Shown one piece after another: positions 21,839 to 30,779 of a stretch of 64,000 nt of DNA. Both the position numbers and the translations under genes were made by a program. The notes under the pieces are model-generated. The model saw nothing but the letters and a program-made list of their open reading frames with translations, searched no databases and was not told the DNA's origin. Each line of letters begins with the position of its first letter. Position 1 is the first letter of the stretch. The DNA comes from an uncultured bacterium (lineage in GTDB: Bacteria > Ratteibacteria > UBA8468 > B48-G9 > DSTR01), in assembly GCA_964645405.1 (NCBI GenBank), contig CAZYCA010000031.1, forward strand, positions 23,575-87,574, written 5' to 3'.

Positions 21839-23328
21839 TGATTTCTCCTTGGAAAAAGAATAAATCTGGGACCAAGTTGTTGCCCTGTCTCAAGAGGGGC
21901 AAAAATTTCGGTCAATTTACAGGTGGTGGCGTCGCTTTTGTTACCCAGCATCTTGTAGATATTACGACAGGTTTTTGGCATGAAAGGGCTGAGGAAAACA
22001 GCTATCTTTTTTATACCCTCCAGAACCGTCCGGAGTGACCGGGCTGATTCTTCTCCATTGTTACGCCAGGGTGCTTTCTCGTCAAGAAATTTGTTGAGAA
22101 ATGTGATTAGCCGCCAGACAGCTTCCAGGGCCTCGGAAAAAGCCAGAGATTCCATTTTCCCCTGGTAAAGATGGTAAATCTCCTCTGTCAGCCGGGCAAA
22201 GCCATCAGTCTGTCCCTCAGGTATTCTGCCGTCGCACTTCTTCTCCACCAGATTTATGGTGCGGTTTACCAGATTACCAAGGTCATTAGCGAGGTCACTG
22301 TTATATCTTTTTCTAAATGTCTCTTCAGAATATTCACCATCAAGACCAAAGGGCACTTCTCTCATGAGAAAATAGCGCAGGGCACAACTACCATAGTTTT
22401 TCAGGATTTCCAGCGGTGAGATTACATTTCCCAGAGACTTGGACATTTTTTCCTTGTTTACCATCCACCAGCCATGAGCGAAAATCGTGCGGGGCAAAGG
22501 CAGACCCAGCGCCATCAGAATGGCTGGCCAGATAAGGTGGTGAAAGCGGATGATATCTTTACCAATGAGTTGCACGTCCGGCGGCCAGAACTTCTCAAAG
22601 GTCTCGTTTTCCTGAAGATAGCCCACACCGCTCAAATAATTCAAAAGGGCGTCAAACCAGACATATATGGGATAACCTTCCGGTGTAGGCGAGGGAATAC
22701 CCCAGGAAACATTTTGTCTGGTAACGCTTAAATCCAGGAGGCCACGGCTAAGAAAGTTCAGTACCTCATTTCTGCGGAAGTCCGGTTTAACAAATTCAGG
22801 ATGGGACAGGATATAGTCCTGGAGTTTCTTCTGGTAGGCAGACAGCCGAAAAAAATAAGAAGGTTCAGCAATTTCCTTGACCGCTCGGTGGCAGTCCGGA
22901 CAGAGTCTTTGATTTTCCACAGTAAGCGGGTTGACATAGTTTTCTTCATGGACGCAATACCACCCCCGGTATTCCCCGGGATAAATATCCTTCTGCTGAA
23001 GAAGATGACGGAAAACTTTCTGGACCACAGTCTGGTGAGAGGGTTCGGTGGTACGGATAAAGCGGTCATAGGAAATTTCTATCTCCTCCCACAACTTCTT
23101 GTAAGCCCCGGACATACGCTGGACAAGATCCTGAACCCGGCATCCGTTCCTGGCAGCTGCTTCCGCAACTTTCTGGCCGTGTTCATCAGTTCCTGTGAGG
23201 AAAAAGGTCTGGTAATCCTTCATGCGGGCGTATCTTGCCAGGCAATCGGCAGCGACAGTGGTATAAACATGTCCCAGATGCGGCTGGTCGTTTACATAAT
23301 AAAGAGGTGTAGTCAGATAGTATTTCAT
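21835..23328 (-). CDS. metG: methionyl-tRNA synthetase (short form)
   Basis: HLGH motif ([10 protein letters not shown]) and KMSKS. Confidence 0.9.
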   Translation of the reverse strand: MKYYLTTPLYYVNDQPHLGHVYTTVAADCLARYARMKDYQTFFLTGTDEHGQKVAEAAARNGCRVQDLVQRMSGAYKKLWEEIEISYDRFIRTTEPSHQTVVQKVFRHLLQQKDIYPGEYRGWYCVHEENYVNPLTVENQRLCPDCHRAVKEIAEPSYFFRLSAYQKKLQDYILSHPEFVKPDFRRNEVLNFLSRGLLDLSVTRQNVSWGIPSPTPEGYPIYVWFDALLNYLSGVGYLQENETFEKFWPPDVQLIGKDIIRFHHLIWPAILMALGLPLPRTIFAHGWWMVNKEKMSKSLGNVISPLEILKNYGSCALRYFLMREVPFGLDGEYSEETFRKRYNSDLANDLGNLVNRTINLVEKKCDGRIPEGQTDGFARLTEEIYHLYQGKMESLAFSEALEAVWRLITFLNKFLDEKAPWRNNGEESARSLRTVLEGIKKIAVFLSPFMPKTCRNIYKMLGNKSDATTCKLTEIFAPLETGQQLGPRFILFPRRNQ

Positions 23329-24005
23329 TTGTTTCCGCTTTTGTCCTCGTAAAAGTTTTCTTCAAACGCCAGACAGCAGAGAAGTCTTCCACAAAGTCCT
23401 GTAATTTTGTTAACATCCAGCGGTAACTTCTGGTTCTTCACCATGCGCATGGTAATAGATTCAAAGTCACGCAGCCATCTATAACAACAGAGTAATTCAC
23501 CACAGATTCCGCAGCCACCCTTGAGTTTTGCTTCATCCCGCAAGCCAATTTGTCTCATCTCAATACGGCAGTTAAATATTCCTGCCAGGTCTCTCACCAA
23601 TTTGCGGAAGTCTATTCTTCCTTCTGCCCAGTAATAAAAAGTAATCCGGGAGCGGTCAAAAGAATATTCTACATCTACCAGCTTCATGGGTAACCCGTGA
23701 AGCTGTATTTTCTCTCTGGCAATACTGTAAGCCTGATGTTTTCGCTGTCGGTTTTCATTAATAACTTTCCAGTCTTCTTCTGTGACGGAACGCAGAACTT
23801 TACCCACCACTGTCGGACGGAAAAACCCGGAAGATTCTACAAAGAAAATCAACCGGCCATAGTCCTGTGTTCCCTGAGCAAACTCCACAATACAGTAATC
23901 ACCTCTGGCAATATTCAGACCATCAGGGAGCCGGCAATTAATTAGTTTGTCCACCCGGCGTGTCTGTATCTGAACGATTTTCTCCATGTAAAATCCCGGA
24001 AACAT
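23325..24005 (-). CDS. PSP1 C-terminal domain protein (YaaT/RicT-like)
   Basis: Contains LVDVEYSFDRSRITFYYWAEGRIDFRKLVRDLAGIFNCRIEMRQIG and cysteine pairs near the C terminus. Confidence 0.7.
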   Translation of the reverse strand: MFPGFYMEKIVQIQTRRVDKLINCRLPDGLNIARGDYCIVEFAQGTQDYGRLIFFVESSGFFRPTVVGKVLRSVTEEDWKVINENRQRKHQAYSIAREKIQLHGLPMKLVDVEYSFDRSRITFYYWAEGRIDFRKLVRDLAGIFNCRIEMRQIGLRDEAKLKGGCGICGELLCCYRWLRDFESITMRMVKNQKLPLDVNKITGLCGRLLCCLAFEENFYEDKSGNK

Positions 24006-25797
24006 AATTATCTTCTTCTTTGGTTACTGCAGGAAGAATCTTGCTTCTGGAAAAATAATAATTGTACTTTTCCTCATCTCCTAACTGTTTGTAGACAAGA
24101 GCCAGTTCCAGAACATACTGTTTTTTTGTCGGGTAATTTTCCAGGCACTGTAAATATAGTTTCTCCGCTTCCCGCCACCTTTTTTCCTGCACATATAAGC
24201 GGGCCAGTTTCCGGCAGAGAGAAGCCGCATAAGGATTAAGCGAAAGAGCCTGTTGATAAGATTCTTCTGCCTTTCTCAGCCAGGTTTTATCACCTGTGAC
24301 AGACCAGGCCAGCACATAAGTATCTGCCAGGTAAGCCAGTTTCTCACTTCCCGGGTCAAAACTGTTTGCCCTTACCAGATAATCCATCCTTTCCTTCAAG
24401 TTGGCGGTTAAGTAGGCTTTGCTCAAACAGGTTTCACTGAAAGCCATCCTGACCCTGATAACACCAGACACTGTCAACAAAAGAATAATAAGACAAGAAA
24501 GAGCCCCTGTCAATTGCTGCTGTAGCCTGCTGTGGCACCGGACGCCCGGTAAACTATTTTGCGCCAACCCCAGGCCTGCCAGGAGAAAAAAAAGACTGCT
24601 TATGGATTCATCAATAAAGCTCACATCAATTAAAAAGTGCGCAAATCCTGCCAGAAAACCAATTGCCATACCTTCTTTCAGGGTAAGAATCTTACTCTCC
24701 ATACGCACCAGTTTCCACATTAAGAACAGGAGAAAAAGGAAAAAGACGCAAGTCCCGATAAGCCCTTCCTCAGCCAGGGTTTCAAAAAAGAAAGAATGAG
24801 CGTGCCTGGCTTCCATTCCTCCAGGTGATTTAAACCGCAGATAGAAATGCCGAAACTGGCCAGGACCAACACCCAGCCAGGGGTATCTCTGAAAAATTTT
24901 GAGCGACGCCTGCCAGTAACGGATTCTGTCCTGAAAGGAACTCATATGAGGTAACAGTCCTCTGTGGTAACTGAAAATGAGCACAACTAGTTCCAGAACC
25001 AGCAATCCTGATAAAATCTGCCAGAAGAATTTTCGCGGAAGGAAATATTTTAGCGCTAAAAACTGCAGCAGGAAAACAAAAATCAGAAACCCACCAAAAG
25101 AACCAGTCAACAAGAGGTTGGCGACTGTAAGAAGTACCAGTAACGCGGAGAAAACGAAGGCTTTCCCCTTTAAGAAGCAGCCGCTGTAAGCAACCGGAAA
25201 CACCATCAAAAGAAAACTTGCCAGAGCATTGGGATAGAAAAAAGTGGAAAAAATTCTGCCGCTTTGCAACCGCTGAAAGAAGGTAGGGGGTAGACTACTC
25301 AGCAACTCCGGACGAGCAGCCAGTTCCCTGCGTGTTTGCTCCAGTCCCCAGAAATGTTGATGAATTCCATATAGTGTTACCAGAAGGCCGCTACCTAAAA
25401 TCACCCACCAGAATTTTTCTTCATCTTTCTGTTGTATAGTGCGCAGCAGTAAAAATAAAATCATCCAGGAACTCAGTATCTGCGACGGAAATTCGTATTT
25501 TATTTCTTTTACCGGGGAAAAATTTGCCGAGATCAAGCAAAGGCAGAAAAACAGAAGCAATATTCCTTCCTCTATCCGCAGTCTGATTTTGCATTTAAAA
25601 CAAATAATTGTCCCTGCAGTGAGAAGGGAGAAAACTATATACCAGAAGAAATTAAAACCGGGATAGGAAAGACCATCAATAAGGAAACGGAGAGAGAAAA
25701 AAATAAGAAGTACCAGCTTTACCACCTGGCACCAGATATTTCTGTTCCCCGGAAGGTCAGTCTGACTGTTTATCTGTTCGCCTTTTTTTCTTTTCAT
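23938..25797 (-). CDS. O-antigen ligase/Wzy-like polytopic membrane protein with C-terminal TPR repeats
   Basis: About 12 TM helices with an O-antigen-ligase-like loop region, followed by about 150 aa of TPR-like repeats (YQQALSLNPYAASLCRKLARLY). Confidence 0.55.
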   Translation of the reverse strand: MKRKKGEQINSQTDLPGNRNIWCQVVKLVLLIFFSLRFLIDGLSYPGFNFFWYIVFSLLTAGTIICFKCKIRLRIEEGILLLFFCLCLISANFSPVKEIKYEFPSQILSSWMILFLLLRTIQQKDEEKFWWVILGSGLLVTLYGIHQHFWGLEQTRRELAARPELLSSLPPTFFQRLQSGRIFSTFFYPNALASFLLMVFPVAYSGCFLKGKAFVFSALLVLLTVANLLLTGSFGGFLIFVFLLQFLALKYFLPRKFFWQILSGLLVLELVVLIFSYHRGLLPHMSSFQDRIRYWQASLKIFQRYPWLGVGPGQFRHFYLRFKSPGGMEARHAHSFFFETLAEEGLIGTCVFFLFLLFLMWKLVRMESKILTLKEGMAIGFLAGFAHFLIDVSFIDESISSLFFLLAGLGLAQNSLPGVRCHSRLQQQLTGALSCLIILLLTVSGVIRVRMAFSETCLSKAYLTANLKERMDYLVRANSFDPGSEKLAYLADTYVLAWSVTGDKTWLRKAEESYQQALSLNPYAASLCRKLARLYVQEKRWREAEKLYLQCLENYPTKKQYVLELALVYKQLGDEEKYNYYFSRSKILPAVTKEEDNYVSGILHGENRSDTDTPGGQTN

Positions 25798-26716
25798 TAA
25801 GTCTTCCTACAAGTTGCTTGAGGCTGGTCACGCGAAATTTTTTCAGGCTGGCAAGTAAAGTGTTTACTATCTCTACGGGAAGAAGGGGATTGGCAAAAAA
25901 ACCAGAGCCCACCCCTACTGCCGAAGCTCCTACCATAATGTACTCCAGAGCATCAGTACCGGTGAGTATTCCTCCCAGACCGATTAAGGGTATATCTACT
26001 TTTCGATAAACCTCATAGACAGCTTTCAGTCCAATTGGTTTGATGGCTGGGCCAGAAAGTCCACCTGTTATTACTCGCTGCCGGGGTATGTCTACAGCCA
26101 GGGCAGAAACGGTATTGATAAGGGTTAGAACATCTGCTCCGGCTTCTGCGGCAGCTATTGCCACTGGAGAGATATCAGTAACAACTGGAGAAAGTTTGAC
26201 GGAAATACACATACCCGGGCAGATTCTGCGCACAGAGTTTACTAATTGAAAAGTTAACCGCGGACTGGTAGCAATCAATCTACCACCTTCAATATTGGGA
26301 CAGGAAATATTTAGTTCCAGTGCCTCAACCTCTTTCTCTCTTAAAAGCTCAGCCAGATAGCAGAATTCTTTCAGGGACGTTCCGCCTATACTAACTATCA
26401 GTTTTGGTCCGAGATTTCTCAACCGTGGTAGTATTTCCCGGATAAACGTTTCTATGCCAGGATTTTGCAGTCCGATGCAATTTATCATCCCGGCAGCTGT
26501 CTCTCGGAGCCTGGGCGGGGTATTGCCTGGTTTGGGACCTAAAGTTAAAGTTTTGGTAACAAAGGCGCCCAGCCAGCGGTAGTCAATAAATTCCCTCATT
26601 TCATAGCCAAAACCAAATGTTCCACTGGCCATAATAACAGGACTTTTCAGGGTCAGTTTACCAAGGTCAGTCTTCAGGGCAACCGGGTTTGCGGCCACTT
26701 TCTTCCTCCGCCTCAA
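25757..26716 (-). CDS. pyrD: dihydroorotate dehydrogenase catalytic subunit (class 1B)
   Basis: Contains MASGTFGFGYE, GNTPPRL and GLQNPG. Confidence 0.9.
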   Translation of the reverse strand: MRRRKKVAANPVALKTDLGKLTLKSPVIMASGTFGFGYEMREFIDYRWLGAFVTKTLTLGPKPGNTPPRLRETAAGMINCIGLQNPGIETFIREILPRLRNLGPKLIVSIGGTSLKEFCYLAELLREKEVEALELNISCPNIEGGRLIATSPRLTFQLVNSVRRICPGMCISVKLSPVVTDISPVAIAAAEAGADVLTLINTVSALAVDIPRQRVITGGLSGPAIKPIGLKAVYEVYRKVDIPLIGLGGILTGTDALEYIMVGASAVGVGSGFFANPLLPVEIVNTLLASLKKFRVTSLKQLVGRLNEKKKRRTDKQSD

Positions 26717-27488
26717 TTATTTCCCAGGCTATCTGCTGGCTGCTAAACACAGGACCATCACAGCAGACTCTCTGATAGATTGTTTTCCCGTCAGATTTTA
26801 CCGGTATGACACATCCTGAACACAGACCAGTACCGCAGGCCATTTGCCTTTCTAAAGAAACATAAACAGGTATCTGGTGTTTGCTGCCCAGACAGCATAT
26901 CTCCTTAAGCATGCTGAGCGGGCCAGCAGCAAAAATAACATCGGGTTTTTTTTCTGTTTTTAGACTCCGGGCAACTAAATCTGTTACCGGACCACAAAAA
27001 CCTGAACTACCATCATCTGTACTGATATGAAAGCAATGGTATTTCTGCGGGAGAAGCCTGGTGAAGAGTAATTTCCGGCACCGGGCACCATAAAAGAGGA
27101 TGGGCTTCTTATGAAGGTAAAGAAACTTCCTTAAAAGAGGGAGAAGACAGGCTAGACCTGTTCCCCCGGCCACCAGCCAGATATTATCCCGGTCGTTTCT
27201 GACAGGAAAAGGTGTTCCCAGAGGGCCCAGAGCATTTACTTTCTCCCCGGGTATTTTTTGAGAGAGAAAATTTGTACCCTGACCCACCACCCGGAATAGA
27301 ATTCCTAACTTTTTTGGCGTCACCCTGGCAACAGAGAATGGTCGGCGTAGAAAAAAACAGGGTGATATTCTCAAATGAATGAATTGTCCGGGAAGAAACT
27401 CTGCTTTGAATTTATTCTGCAGTTCTAACCAGTAGTGTTCTGGCGCCAGGGGCTGGAGTTTCAGTATTTCCAGGTCATGAATTTCCAT
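26667..27488 (-). CDS. pyrK: dihydroorotate dehydrogenase electron-transfer subunit
   Basis: FAD/NAD-binding motifs (GQFIHLRI, VAGGTGLA) and a C-terminal Cys cluster (CGTGLCSGC). Confidence 0.8.
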   Translation of the reverse strand: MEIHDLEILKLQPLAPEHYWLELQNKFKAEFLPGQFIHLRISPCFFLRRPFSVARVTPKKLGILFRVVGQGTNFLSQKIPGEKVNALGPLGTPFPVRNDRDNIWLVAGGTGLACLLPLLRKFLYLHKKPILFYGARCRKLLFTRLLPQKYHCFHISTDDGSSGFCGPVTDLVARSLKTEKKPDVIFAAGPLSMLKEICCLGSKHQIPVYVSLERQMACGTGLCSGCVIPVKSDGKTIYQRVCCDGPVFSSQQIAWEIIEAEEESGRKPGCPED

Positions 27489-27551
27489 CAGCGATCCATT
27501 CTACCACAAAAATTTTTGAAGGAAAATAGCCTGAGTTGTTCGCCTGCTTTA

Positions 27552-27582
27552 AAAACCTCTTTCTGGAGGTTTTTGTTTTTTT
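27552..27582 (+). terminator. intrinsic-terminator-like hairpin (weak), oriented for the + strand
   Basis: The sequence aaaacctc-tttctg-gaggtttt is followed by tgttttttt. No + strand gene lies upstream. Confidence 0.25.
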
Positions 27583-27606
27583 CAATTACAACTTTTTTTA
27601 AGAAAC

Positions 27607-27635
27607 TTGCTAACATGATAAAGGTGAAGTAAAAT
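27607..27635 (+). promoter_or_regulatory. sigma70-like promoter (TTGCTA-17-TAAAAT) for the Gfo/Idh/MocA gene
   Basis: Hexamers at 27607-27612 and 27630-27635. An AGGAGGG RBS lies at 27643-27649 and the ATG at 27656. Confidence 0.4.
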
Positions 27636-27655
27636 AAAGACAAGGAGGGGGATAT

Positions 27656-28636
27656 ATGCCAGAACTGAGAATCGGCTTCATTGGCTGCGGTGGGATTGCA
27701 GGTGCTCATTTAACCAGGCTTGCTACTCTCAAGGGAGTAGAGCTGGTAGCCTGCTGCGATGTAGTAGAAGAAAAAGCACGGAAAGTTAGCCAGACTTATG
27801 GTGGCCAGGTATTCACTGATTTCCGCAAAATGCTGGACGAGGTTACTCTGGACGCTTGCTTTATCTGTGTTCCGCCTTTTGCCCATGTTGGTCAGGAATT
27901 ATATTGCGTAGAAAAGGGTATTCCTTTCTTTGTGGAAAAACCCGTTGCTCTCAGTCTGGAAAATGCCAGAAGGGTGGAAAAGGCAGTCCAGGAGAAAAAG
28001 TTAATTACTGCGGTTGGCTATGTCTTGCGAGCCTTAGATGTTGTGGACAGGGCTGTCAAGTTTCTGGAAAATAAAGAGCTGGGGCTGGTGCGGGGTAAGT
28101 ACTTCGGCGGTGTACCTGGTGCCGGCAAAGGATGGTATTCTCAGAGGAAACTTTCCGGGGGACAGCTGGTGGAACAGGCCACCCATACTGTGGACATGAT
28201 GAGATATCTAACTGGTGAAGTGGTAGAAGTTTTCGGTTATGCCTTTGCAGGAATTAATAAACGCCTTTACTCCAACTATGATGTGGAGGATGCCTCCACA
28301 GCAGTAATGCGCTTTTCCAATGGAGCCATTGGAAATATTTCCTGTACCTGGCTATGGACAGGCTACCACAGTTCAGTGGAGATTATTGGCAAAGGGGTCA
28401 CTGTCACTCTGGAGGGAGGAACCTTAACAATAGATTCTGGTGATAGGAAGACAATTTACGTAAGCCGGGCTGACCCTATGCTGGTGCAGGACACACTTTT
28501 TATTGAGGCGGTGAAATATGGCCGTCCTGAGCGAATCAAGGCAGATTATCGCCAGGGTGTAAGGTCTCTGGCTGTTTCCCTCTCTATTCTTGAATCATTC
28601 AGGACTGGAAAACCGGTGAAAGTGCCGGGTGAATAA
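27656..28636 (+). CDS. Gfo/Idh/MocA family NAD(P)-dependent oxidoreductase
   Basis: Starts with the Rossmann motif IGFIGCGGIAGAHL and has the GFO_IDH_MocA C-terminal domain. Confidence 0.75.
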   Translation: MPELRIGFIGCGGIAGAHLTRLATLKGVELVACCDVVEEKARKVSQTYGGQVFTDFRKMLDEVTLDACFICVPPFAHVGQELYCVEKGIPFFVEKPVALSLENARRVEKAVQEKKLITAVGYVLRALDVVDRAVKFLENKELGLVRGKYFGGVPGAGKGWYSQRKLSGGQLVEQATHTVDMMRYLTGEVVEVFGYAFAGINKRLYSNYDVEDASTAVMRFSNGAIGNISCTWLWTGYHSSVEIIGKGVTVTLEGGTLTIDSGDRKTIYVSRADPMLVQDTLFIEAVKYGRPERIKADYRQGVRSLAVSLSILESFRTGKPVKVPGE

Positions 28637-28664
28637 CTATTTGCAGGAATAAGCTGTAGGATCT

Positions 28665-29237
28665 ATGAAGTTAGTTAGTCTGTTACTGCTATCTTACGTT
28701 TTAGGAAGTATTTCCTTTGCTTATCTGGTTGCTTACAGTATCACCGGTAAAGATATCAAAAGTCTGGGTGATGGTAATCCTGGAGCTGCCAATGTAGCGC
28801 GTGTTTTGGGAAGGAAATGGGGATTACTTACCTGGGCAGGTGATGTAACCAAGACACTTTTAGCCTTAACAGTGGCTCGCTCTGCCGGGATTGAAAACTT
28901 AACTTTATTGACTTTAGTCGGGATAGCAGCTATTTTAGGTCATTGCTACTCTGTCTTTCTCAGGTTTAAAGGAGGTAGAGGAGTAGCGGTTATGGGTGGT
29001 GTGGTTCTCTTTCTGATGCCAAAACTATTCCTCCTTGCTCTTATCTTATGGTTTCTAATTCAGAAACTTAATCCCCGCTGCCTCACTCTGGTTGTTCAGG
29101 GTCTGGTAATATTTCTTCTCTGCCTTTTTTTACTTTATGGGAAGGAGCTTTTCCCGATTCTTACAGGTTGTGTCCTTCTTCTGGTAGCTACTGCTCTGAT
29201 TATCAACCACGATGTCTTGAGAGAAATGAAAATATAG
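28665..29237 (+). CDS. plsY: glycerol-3-phosphate acyltransferase PlsY
   Basis: Contains GSISFAYLVAYSITGKDIKSLGDGNPGAANV. Confidence 0.85.
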   Translation: MKLVSLLLLSYVLGSISFAYLVAYSITGKDIKSLGDGNPGAANVARVLGRKWGLLTWAGDVTKTLLALTVARSAGIENLTLLTLVGIAAILGHCYSVFLRFKGGRGVAVMGGVVLFLMPKLFLLALILWFLIQKLNPRCLTLVVQGLVIFLLCLFLLYGKELFPILTGCVLLLVATALIINHDVLREMKI

Positions 29238-29238
29238 C

Positions 29239-29820
29239 ATGGTTATCTGGAAAAGGAAGCTATATCGGATTGTCATTGGTTCACTTTTTCCTGTGAGTTA
29301 TCTAATCTCGGCAAACATTTTTCTTCCCTTGTTTCTGGCTTCCTTCTTCCTGACACTGGTACTGGCGCTGGAGTATGAAAGATACGTTCATCCTGCAGTC
29401 TGGTCCTTTCTTCTCGGCAGGTTTGGAGTATTCAAGAAGGCAACCGGTTCTTTTATTGGTGAAACCCATTTTATGATAGCCTGTTTTTTTGCCCTGCTTG
29501 TTTTCTCCAGACCTGTTGCCATTGCGGCTCTGTTTTTTCTGACCTTCGGGGATGCAGGTAGCGCCCTGGCTGGAACCTGGTGGGGACAGACCTCTTTATT
29601 CGGCAACAAGACTGTGGAGGGATTAATCGGTGGTTTGGCCTCTAATGCCCTGGTCAGTCTGTGTTTAAGTTTTGTCTTACCATTACATGGCCTTACCTTA
29701 ATTAGCGGTTTTCTTCTGGCAGGAATTCTGGAATCTCTGCCTCTAAAACTGGATGATAACCTGACAGTAGGATTTATCCCGGGTTTTTTAATGTCCTTAT
29801 TAGAACTACTTTTGCGCTAA
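29239..29820 (+). CDS. CTP_transf_1 (CdsA/dolichol-kinase-like) family membrane protein
   Basis: Polytopic membrane protein with FGDAGSALAGTWWG and KTVEGLIGG motifs. These resemble the C-terminal motifs of CDP-diglyceride synthase or polyprenol kinase. Confidence 0.45.
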   Translation: MVIWKRKLYRIVIGSLFPVSYLISANIFLPLFLASFFLTLVLALEYERYVHPAVWSFLLGRFGVFKKATGSFIGETHFMIACFFALLVFSRPVAIAALFFLTFGDAGSALAGTWWGQTSLFGNKTVEGLIGGLASNALVSLCLSFVLPLHGLTLISGFLLAGILESLPLKLDDNLTVGFIPGFLMSLLELLLR

Positions 29821-30717
29821 TCAGCGGAACCGTCTGTGAATCCAGGAAAACCACTGTTCAGGGTGCTGGCGAACATAATGCTCCACCCGGGAAAGGAATA
29901 AGGCTGTATTGTTTATAATATCCTGGTCCAGATTTTCGCTGCGTTGCACCGGGTAAGGACCTTCAATGATTACCTGATGGTGACCGCAATCTTTCCGGAA
30001 GGTGAAAATTCCTATTACCGGACAGTGATATTTCCTCGCCAGGACTGCTGCACCTACTGGTGCCAGAACCGGACGGCCAAAGAAGCTAACCCGGACCCCG
30101 TTTCCTGCGTGCTGGTCAAGATAGATACACAGGCAGTCTCCATGACGCAGGCTAATTCTTGAATCCTCAATGGCTCTGCGCAGATTAGCTTTCATGATAT
30201 AGCGCATTCCCAGCCGCCTCATCATTTTCTCCCAGAGAGAGTTTAAGTAGGGGTTGGTAGCATTGCGGATAATTACATTCATAGGAAACCCGAGACGAAG
30301 CAATCTCACCTGAAGAGCAGGGAAATTACCAAGATGAGCACAGACAGCAACAACTCCTTTGCCGGACTTAAGTGCTTCTTTTAAAATTTCTTCACCGTTA
30401 ACTATCACTTTCTTTTCTATATGTCTGGCTTTCAGTTTACTCCAGGCAATCACCTCCAGTGCATTATGGGCTATTTCTGAGAAAAGCTGCCGGCAGATTT
30501 TCTTCCGCCAGGAAATTGGGCGCCAGTCACCAAAGGCTAAAAACAGATTGTGCAGCACACGCCGACGGCTTTTTCTCATGGTATAATAACCTGTAGTGCC
30601 AGCGAGTTTACTCAGAAATGGTAAAGCAAAAGCCGGGATAAGCCAGATGAACCAGAAGATTCCGTAGATTAAACCAGCAATACATAAGCGGACGATTACC
30701 TGCAAAATTTTTTTCAT
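29821..30717 (-). CDS. lipid A biosynthesis lauroyl/myristoyl acyltransferase-like (LpxL/HtrB family LPLAT)
   Basis: N-terminal TM anchor, then an acyltransferase core (AHLGNFPALQVRLLRLGFPMNVIIRNATNPYLN). Confidence 0.65.
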   Translation of the reverse strand: MKKILQVIVRLCIAGLIYGIFWFIWLIPAFALPFLSKLAGTTGYYTMRKSRRRVLHNLFLAFGDWRPISWRKKICRQLFSEIAHNALEVIAWSKLKARHIEKKVIVNGEEILKEALKSGKGVVAVCAHLGNFPALQVRLLRLGFPMNVIIRNATNPYLNSLWEKMMRRLGMRYIMKANLRRAIEDSRISLRHGDCLCIYLDQHAGNGVRVSFFGRPVLAPVGAAVLARKYHCPVIGIFTFRKDCGHHQVIIEGPYPVQRSENLDQDIINNTALFLSRVEHYVRQHPEQWFSWIHRRFR

Positions 30718-30779
30718 GACCTTTTTCCTAACGGGTAAAAGTACCGATTATCATAACACATAAAGAGAAACAAACTAAA

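Noticed and set aside
27435-27632. 65-aa + strand ORF overlapping the pyrK start and the intergenic hairpin
   Set aside because: It has no RBS, is AT-rich low-complexity, and runs through a predicted promoter and terminator region. Most likely non-coding.
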